38,506 bases of DNA from Candidatus Woesearchaeota archaeon. Its GTDB lineage: Archaea > Nanobdellota > Nanobdellia > Pacearchaeales > GW2011-AR1. Made by a program: the position numbers and the translations under genes. The notes beneath the pieces were generated by a model. It did not search any database and was not told the origin of the DNA. It saw only the letters and a program-made list of their open reading frames with translations. Positions 1 through 6,195 of this stretch are shown piece after piece. The stretch covers positions 1 through 38,506 of the forward strand of contig CAYNZD010000002.1 of the NCBI GenBank assembly GCA_964401675.1, written 5' to 3'. The first letter of the stretch is position 1, and the number at the start of each line of letters is the position of its first letter.

Positions 1-370
1 TAGCTGCATCCTCCAGCAGGATAAACTGGAATTAAACAAAAATGTTTATTTATGAAATTAAAATTTCAAACCCTTTTGCTTCCAAAAGATTAAAGGTAAC
101 CTCTTGGAATTTGCTACTAATAATTAAAACAATTAAAAATATCTAAATTAATTTATACATTCGCACGAATATATTTTATTTAGAAAGATCGCTCCATTGC
201 TTTAAGACATAACTAGAATTAATCATCATCACACTCGATTCAGTGATCGGGCGCTCATTCTAGCCTCAAAATTATCAATTGAAGCTTTGGATATTATCTC
301 CAAAGTTATCATTTTGTAATATTACTGGCAAAAATCCGTTTATAAATCTGTCGTTTAACAAAAAACATTT

Positions 371-2971
371 TTACTGACGACTAGGAAACAAATTATTTCC
401 AATCTTCCACCCCTCAAATACAACTAATCCACTTAATCCAAATAAAACACTCATGCCTAATTGCCAACTAGTCAAAGTCACAAATCCGAACATAGAACCT
501 AGTTCAGAATAAATCAATCCCAAATGCAAACTACCCGAAATTAGAATAGCATAAATTAAATATTTATTATTCAAAATTCCTGTAGCGAATAAACTTCTAC
601 TTGATTTACATGAAAACACAAAAAACAATTCAAAGAAAATAGCCGTACTAATTGCCATTGTTCTTGCGACATCAATTCCAAAGTTGGTCAAACCATAATT
701 AAAAATCCAGAGAGAAGAACATACCATCAAAAATCCGGCAACCACAATCGACTTCCAAATTCCAGAAAGCAAACCACCACTCTTTGGACCGCGTTTCATA
801 ATACCCTTTCCAGCTGGCTCAACAGCCAGTGCTAATGCCGGTAAACTATCTGTTACAAGATTCATCCATAAAATAGCAAGTGGCAAAAAGATGAGGGGCA
901 ATCCAAACATCAAAGCCAAAATAACAACAATCACTTCCCCAACATTTGCCGCTAACAAAAATTTAATTGATTTTTTCAAATTATTAAATACTCGGCGTCC
1001 TTGCCGAACCGCTTTAATAATGGATGCAAAATTATCATCGAGCAAAATCATATCGGAAGAATCTCGAGCAACATCACTTCCTCGAACTCCCATTGCAATT
1101 CCAATATCTGCCCGTTTCAATGCCAAAATATCATTAACGCCATCTCCAGTAACGGCAACTGTCTCATTTTGCTTTTTCAAAATCTCAACAACCTTTAATT
1201 TCTGCTGAGGTGTAATACGCGCAAAAATAGTTTTTGTCCGAACAACCTTATACCAATCATTTTCATCTAATTTATCTAACTCTTTCCCCTCGATAACTTC
1301 TCCTTTTAGTCCAATCTTTTCAGCAATCGTTTTTGTGGTGAAGGCCGAATCACCAGTAATAATTTTAATGCCAATTCCAGCCGCAATAGCTTTCTTAATT
1401 GCATCAGCAACCTCTTTCCTCGGTGGGTCAATCATTCCCATAAATCCGGCAAACACCAAATGATTTTCCGCTTTTTTCTGATTTATATTTACTATATCTT
1501 TATTAGATATGGCCAATTGTTTAAATCCAAATCCAAGAACTCTTAATCCCGAACTCTCCATTTCTTTTGAAATTTTTGCCAATTCATTTTTCCTCTTTGC
1601 TGTCATCAATAAAATCTTCCCATCAACCAATTCCTTAGTGCAGTTGTTCAAAACAAACATTGGTGCACCCTTAACATAGCTTGTTCTAATCTCGCCATCA
1701 CTCCTAATAATGGACATCATTTTTCTCGTCGAATCAAAAGCGAATTCTTTAACTCTAATATTTTTCTCAGTCAAAATCTTTTTGCCTAAACCAAACTTTT
1801 TTGCAACTTTAATCAAAGCAGCCTCAGTCGGATCCCCTAAAACATTGTCCGCTTCATCTCGCGCATTATTACATAAAATTCCAATCTTGAGAATCTGCCT
1901 AATATTACTATTGATATTTTTCAAATTCTCAATAGAAAAATTACTTCTTGCATAAATCTTATCTACGGTCAGAGATTCTTCTGTCAGTGTTCCAGTTTTA
2001 TCGGTACAAATCATTGTCACACGACCTAATGTTTCGGCAGCAGGTAATCGTCGAATCAATGTGTTAACTTTATACATTTGCTTTATTGCAACCGCCAGAC
2101 TAATTGCAATAATGGCGGGCAGCCCTTCGGGAATCGCACCGATGGCCAAACTTACCGAGACCAAAAACATTTCAATAATTTCAATTCCAACCGAAATTCC
2201 AACAATAAACGCAAATATAACAATTATTAAAATTACGATTGAAATATTGCGAGAAAAAATATTAATCTTTTGTTCTAGTGGCATAATTTCATCTTCGGTT
2301 TTTTGTACCAAATCAGCCAATTTTCCAAGTTCAGTTTTATGCCCAGTTTCAACAACAACGGCTGTCGCTTTTCCGCGAACGACAGTCGTTCCAGCATAAA
2401 TCATATTTTTTCTGTCCGCCAAAATTACATCTTCTTCCAAAATTTCAGCTAATTTATCAACTGGAAAACTCTCCCCGCTCAAAACAGCCTCATTAACTTG
2501 CAAATTCTCTAAGCTTAAAATCCGACAATCAGCCAAAATTTTATTCCCTTCGTTCAATAATACAATATCTCCAGGCACTAAAAACTTCGAGTCAATTTCC
2601 CTTTGTACCCCTTTTCTTAAAACTAAAACTTTATATCTCAAACTTTTTCGCAATTTTTCAATAATTTCTTCGGCCTTATATTCTTGCACAAATCCAATTC
2701 CAGCATTCAGCAAAATAATCACTCCGATTACAACAGCGTCAATAAAATGTCCGATTAGAGCAGAAATAATTGTGGCAAGAATTAAAATATAAATCAATAA
2801 TGAATTAAATTGTCCTAATAAAATTCTAAACCTACTTTTTGTTTTAAATTTCCGAAGAATGTTTTTCCCATATTTGGAAAATCTTTTTTGTACATCATCC
2901 TCACTTAATCCATCTTTAGAACTCCCTAATTTTTTTAATACCTCTAATGATTTTGCTGAATGCCAATCCAT
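371..2971 (-). CDS. P-type (P2-like) cation-transporting ATPase
   Basis: 866-aa ORF. Phosphorylation motif CTDKTGTLT, M4 motif AIPEGLPA, hinge TGDGVNDILALKRADIGIAMG, N-terminal Cation_ATPase_N-like segment, multiple hydrophobic helices at both ends. Confidence 0.9.
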   Translation of the reverse strand: MDWHSAKSLEVLKKLGSSKDGLSEDDVQKRFSKYGKNILRKFKTKSRFRILLGQFNSLLIYILILATIISALIGHFIDAVVIGVIILLNAGIGFVQEYKAEEIIEKLRKSLRYKVLVLRKGVQREIDSKFLVPGDIVLLNEGNKILADCRILSLENLQVNEAVLSGESFPVDKLAEILEEDVILADRKNMIYAGTTVVRGKATAVVVETGHKTELGKLADLVQKTEDEIMPLEQKINIFSRNISIVILIIVIFAFIVGISVGIEIIEMFLVSVSLAIGAIPEGLPAIIAISLAVAIKQMYKVNTLIRRLPAAETLGRVTMICTDKTGTLTEESLTVDKIYARSNFSIENLKNINSNIRQILKIGILCNNARDEADNVLGDPTEAALIKVAKKFGLGKKILTEKNIRVKEFAFDSTRKMMSIIRSDGEIRTSYVKGAPMFVLNNCTKELVDGKILLMTAKRKNELAKISKEMESSGLRVLGFGFKQLAISNKDIVNINQKKAENHLVFAGFMGMIDPPRKEVADAIKKAIAAGIGIKIITGDSAFTTKTIAEKIGLKGEVIEGKELDKLDENDWYKVVRTKTIFARITPQQKLKVVEILKKQNETVAVTGDGVNDILALKRADIGIAMGVRGSDVARDSSDMILLDDNFASIIKAVRQGRRVFNNLKKSIKFLLAANVGEVIVVILALMFGLPLIFLPLAILWMNLVTDSLPALALAVEPAGKGIMKRGPKSGGLLSGIWKSIVVAGFLMVCSSLWIFNYGLTNFGIDVARTMAISTAIFFELFFVFSCKSSRSLFATGILNNKYLIYAILISGSLHLGLIYSELGSMFGFVTLTSWQLGMSVLFGLSGLVVFEGWKIGNNLFPSRQ

Positions 2972-3026
2972 AATTTAACGAAGATAAACAAGATTATAAA
3001 ACTTATCCCAACGACAATTCAGAATT

Positions 3027-3965
3027 TTAAACTCCTTCCTTAACTTCTTCTCCGACAGAAATACTCTTTTCAACTTCTTTGGTATCAGCTTGTTCAATCT
3101 TAACTTCCTCGTCTGCCTTCTCGGCCAAAGCTCTCATTTTTTCCTCAATCGCAGATTCTCCAAATTTTAAGTCCTGTTCCTTCTTCTCCCTGGCCAACCT
3201 TTTCTTTCTCGGTTCTTCTAAAATCAATTTTTCTCCAACAAAATCTTCAAGACTAGGCAATGGCTTATCAATATTATGAGCTTTTATATATTCTCTCGCC
3301 ATCAACCAGAAAAATAATCCCATTGATTTATTTGATTTATTATTACCAATTATAACAACATCAATGTCCGCGGTATGATTATTCGTATCACAAATACTTA
3401 TAACCGGAATTCTAATATTTTTCGCATCTGCCAAAGCATTTTTGTCCAGCCATGGGTCGCAAATAAAAATCATTTTAGTCTCAATAAAGTCATCTAGCAC
3501 AGTATTGGTTAAAACACCTGAAGGATATTTCTTTGTATAAGTTCTGACCCCAGTTAATTCGGCAAACATTTTTGCCCCTCTCCATCCAGCCTCTCTTTTA
3601 CAAATTAAAGTCCAGTCGTCAGGTTTAAACTGTTTAATAAAATCAATACCTTCAGCCAACTTTTTATCGACAAGCAGAGTGTTCAAAATCGCCAATCCAT
3701 CTAACCTTCTCCTGTAAACATATTTCCTCATGGTAGGAGTAATAACCTTTGTTCCCAAATATGAAGCTGTTTTAATATAATCCTCAAGAGGGGTTAAGAT
3801 TGTCTGATCTTCTTTAGGCTCATCAGAGTCATCCTTAGTTGGAGACTTATCAACTCCAACGTCTTCGTCGGAAGACACATCTCCTTGCTCAACTGATTCG
3901 CTGACATTTCCCACAATTTCTTTTTCTTTGCCCGATCCAACGGGTATACCTTTTGGTGTTTCCAT
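3027..3965 (-). CDS. rps2: 30S ribosomal protein uS2 (S2/SA type) with acidic N-terminal and charged C-terminal extensions
   Basis: Core LGTKVITPTMRKYVYRRRLDGLAILN ... DPWLDKNALADAKNIRIPVISICDTNN ... GNNKSNKSMGLFFWLMAREY matches archaeal/eukaryotic uS2. At 312 aa it is longer than the ~200 aa usual for archaea. Confidence 0.88.
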   Translation of the reverse strand: METPKGIPVGSGKEKEIVGNVSESVEQGDVSSDEDVGVDKSPTKDDSDEPKEDQTILTPLEDYIKTASYLGTKVITPTMRKYVYRRRLDGLAILNTLLVDKKLAEGIDFIKQFKPDDWTLICKREAGWRGAKMFAELTGVRTYTKKYPSGVLTNTVLDDFIETKMIFICDPWLDKNALADAKNIRIPVISICDTNNHTADIDVVIIGNNKSNKSMGLFFWLMAREYIKAHNIDKPLPSLEDFVGEKLILEEPRKKRLAREKKEQDLKFGESAIEEKMRALAEKADEEVKIEQADTKEVEKSISVGEEVKEGV

Positions 3966-4052
3966 TTTAATAAATTATAATTCCACTCAGGAGTTAATGC
4001 TACTACGGATTTCCGCCCCGCACCTGAACATATAACTGGTGAGAAATTTTAG

Positions 4053-4059
4053 TTTATAA
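4053..4059 (+). promoter_or_regulatory. Possible TATA-like box upstream of the inverted repeat (plus strand)
   Basis: TTTATAA ends 14 nt before the left arm of the repeat. The spacing would place a transcription start inside the left arm, so the assignment is weak. Confidence 0.2.
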
Positions 4060-4072
4060 GGTTAACGTTTTT

Positions 4073-4170
4073 TTCAGATATAAATCTAAATTATTTAGCA
4101 AAAAAATTCAAGGGCTGAAGACGGATGTTTATTGTAAGAGGATTACTAATAATTTAGATTTATGTCTGAA
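4073..4170. repeat. 23-bp near-perfect inverted repeat (98-nt stem-loop) in the SBDS-uS2 intergenic gap
   Basis: TTCAGATATAAATCTAAATTATT (4073-4095) versus AATAATTTAGATTTATGTCTGAA (4148-4170). 22 of 23 positions are complementary; the exception (4079 T / 4164 G) is a G-U wobble only in a plus-strand RNA. The loop is 52 nt. Confidence 0.85.
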
Positions 4171-4190
4171 GAGATTTTTAACAGAACCTA

Positions 4191-4862
4191 TTAACTCTTT
4201 ATTTCCTCACTCAAAACCGAACCTTGCGTTGCTCCATTAACTTTATCATAGAAATCAAAAACCAATCCAGCAGGCATTTCAACTACAACTTCCAAATCCC
4301 CATTATTTTTCCAATTTTCTTCAACCATAAATTCCTTAACAATACCATATGTTTTTCCAGTATGCAAAGCAGGAATAATCAATTTGATTTTTTTCATCTC
4401 AACCTTAATTGGCAATATCTTAGACAGCTGATCCAAAATTTCAGAAACCTGTGATTCAACTGATTTATTTTTAACATTAACATGTGCTTCACTTAGCGCT
4501 TTCGTAATTCTATCAGGGGTATAAGGTCGTCCTTCAGGCGACACAGCATTTCTTGCTAAAAAATCAACAACTTGTTTATATTTTACATCATGTTTTTCCT
4601 TCATCGATTCTGTCGTTTGCACAACTTCACCATCTTTAATAATCTTCTCGGCAGCCATCCTCACATCAGTCGTTCCGAATGCATTTTCTAAATCACTCGT
4701 TCCAGCTTTCTCGCCAGATTTCAAATTATGAAAAATTTCGTCAGTCAAAACCGCAACTCCAAGGTCACCTTCCCCTTTCTTAACCTTCATTGCCTCATTT
4801 AAATCAACAAGTATTTCAAAATTCTTTCCACCTTTTTTTATTCGTGCAGTTGTATTTCCCAT
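4191..4862 (-). CDS. SBDS/Sdo1-family ribosome maturation protein
   Basis: FYSH-domain start ARIKKGGKNFEILVD ... GEKAGTSDLENAFGTTDVRMAAEKIIKDGEVVQT. The ORF is open to 4958, but the conserved domain begins right after the internal ATG at 4862, which has an AT-rich TATA-like element ~23 nt upstream. Confidence 0.85.
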   Translation of the reverse strand: MGNTTARIKKGGKNFEILVDLNEAMKVKKGEGDLGVAVLTDEIFHNLKSGEKAGTSDLENAFGTTDVRMAAEKIIKDGEVVQTTESMKEKHDVKYKQVVDFLARNAVSPEGRPYTPDRITKALSEAHVNVKNKSVESQVSEILDQLSKILPIKVEMKKIKLIIPALHTGKTYGIVKEFMVEENWKNNGDLEVVVEMPAGLVFDFYDKVNGATQGSVLSEEIKS

Positions 4863-4896
4863 ATTATAATCAAATTTTAGATCTTTATTAATCTTG

Positions 4897-5160
4897 TTAA
4901 GCATCAAATTTAAGTTGAAACATTCCTGATAAGTTACAAGTTTCACATTCACCAGCAATTATCAATTCTAGCATTACATGATACAACATATCTTGTGTGC
5001 CACTTATTTCAGAACCAAAACGCTTTTCTACAAGAATATAATCTCTACCATCATCCAAATCTCCCAATCTTAACCCGTCAGAGTTAGAAGTTATTTGGAT
5101 GTTGCCAATACCTCTAATTAAATTAGCATAAATTCTTTTGGTGTATTTAGAAGCATACAT
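4897..5160 (-). CDS. Hypothetical 87-aa protein between psmA and SBDS
   Basis: Same-strand ORF that exactly fills the gap: 1 nt after the psmA stop, ending 34 nt before the SBDS ATG. I recognise no family motif. It contains CETC. Confidence 0.4.
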   Translation of the reverse strand: MYASKYTKRIYANLIRGIGNIQITSNSDGLRLGDLDDGRDYILVEKRFGSEISGTQDMLYHVMLELIIAGECETCNLSGMFQLKFDA

Positions 5161-5161
5161 T

Positions 5162-5857
5162 TTATTCTAACTCCTTCCCACTCAGCTTTTCAATCTTCCC
5201 CTTGCTTAAAATCCCAGCATCAAATCTATTAACATCAAACTCATCACCCTGAACTTCCTTAAAAATTTCCAAAATTAACTTAATTCCCTCTTTCGAACTC
5301 ATGTTTTCCCGATATTTCTCTCTCAATAATTTCTTAAAAGTATCATCATTCTCTCCGATGGCGTTGGCTCTGTGTTTTAAATAATTTCCAGTAATATCTG
5401 TTGTATACAAAACAGGTCCATCATTAATGCCAGCAAACATCATTGAAACACCGAAGGGTCTTGCTCCGCCATATTGCGTAAATTGCTGCTTAATATCAGC
5501 GATATCTCGAACAATCGATTCAGTACTCGGAGCTGAATCATAAGTCATCCTATGTTGCTGTGCTAAAACTCTTGCCTTTTCAATCAAAACTCTCGCGTCA
5601 GAGCTAATTCCCGCCGATACCGCAATAATATGCTCATCAACCTCATTAATTTTATTAGCAGACTCTTCAATTACCAAAGAATCTTTTTTTCGTCGGTCCG
5701 AAACAATCACAACACTATCTTTGCATAAAATTCCAATTGAAGCAGAGCCAAGCCTAATCGTTTTCTCCGCATATTCAACCTGTAAAATATGTCCATCAGG
5801 CGCGAACATCGTAGCCGCTCGGTCATATCCCATTTGTTGGTGTTGTATATCATCCAT
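5162..5857 (-). CDS. psmA: Proteasome subunit alpha
   Basis: N-terminal YDRAATMFAPDGHILQVEYAEK signature of alpha-type subunits. 231 aa. Confidence 0.93.
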   Translation of the reverse strand: MDDIQHQQMGYDRAATMFAPDGHILQVEYAEKTIRLGSASIGILCKDSVVIVSDRRKKDSLVIEESANKINEVDEHIIAVSAGISSDARVLIEKARVLAQQHRMTYDSAPSTESIVRDIADIKQQFTQYGGARPFGVSMMFAGINDGPVLYTTDITGNYLKHRANAIGENDDTFKKLLREKYRENMSSKEGIKLILEIFKEVQGDEFDVNRFDAGILSKGKIEKLSGKELE

Positions 5858-5910
5858 AGTATAATTAAAAAATTTGACTTAATAAGATTTACTATACTGC
5901 ATTTTTAAAA

Positions 5911-6195
5911 TTATCTTTTTAATCCACTCAGTGTTCCACTAACTTTTTCAATCTTAATTCCAGCCAAAGCTAGTGCGGCTCGGATATCTTCCAATGATTT
6001 TACCAAACAACTTCCAACCAGCCAACTAGAAAAATCCTTTGTAGTAACTTTCATATAAGCAGATTTCGCAAAACCAAGAATACCAATATATTCCAAAATC
6101 GCCGCCTCAACTTTCGCGTTACTAGTCTTAACTAAAAAATACCTTCTCTTATCTCGAGCCGATGGCTTAAGCTTAAGTTTTTTTATTTTTGCCAT
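5911..6195 (-). CDS. RNase P protein component 2 (Pop5/Rpp14 family)
   Basis: LKPSARDKRRYFLV at the N-terminus and VSGTLSGLKR at the C-terminus resemble archaeal Pop5. It sits immediately upstream of psmA, as in the conserved archaeal superoperon. Short at 94 aa. Confidence 0.75.
   Translation of the reverse strand: MAKIKKLKLKPSARDKRRYFLVKTSNAKVEAAILEYIGILGFAKSAYMKVTTKDFSSWLVGSCLVKSLEDIRAALALAGIKIEKVSGTLSGLKR

Noticed and set aside
185-260. C/D-box sRNA suggested by GTGATGA (C-box-like) and CTGA on the minus strand.
   Set aside because: The CTGA lies upstream rather than 50-70 nt downstream of the C-box-like motif. There is no terminal stem, and no second C'/D' pair could be placed.
3985-4045. 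Possible tRNA or tRNA fragment in the GC-rich island. Also a 12-aa ORF (ATG at 3998-4000) preceded by AGGAG on the plus strand.
   Set aside because: I found no acceptor, D, anticodon or T-arm arrangement on either strand, and no GTTCRA-type T-loop. The mini-ORF is too short, and its Shine-Dalgarno-like match is easily due to chance.
4863-4958. N-terminal 32-aa extension of the SBDS ORF (MLVNVKLVTYQECFNL...).
   Set aside because: The conserved FYSH domain starts right after the internal ATG at 4862. The extension would overlap the 3' end of the 87-aa ORF and the TATA-like element, so the shorter start is preferred.
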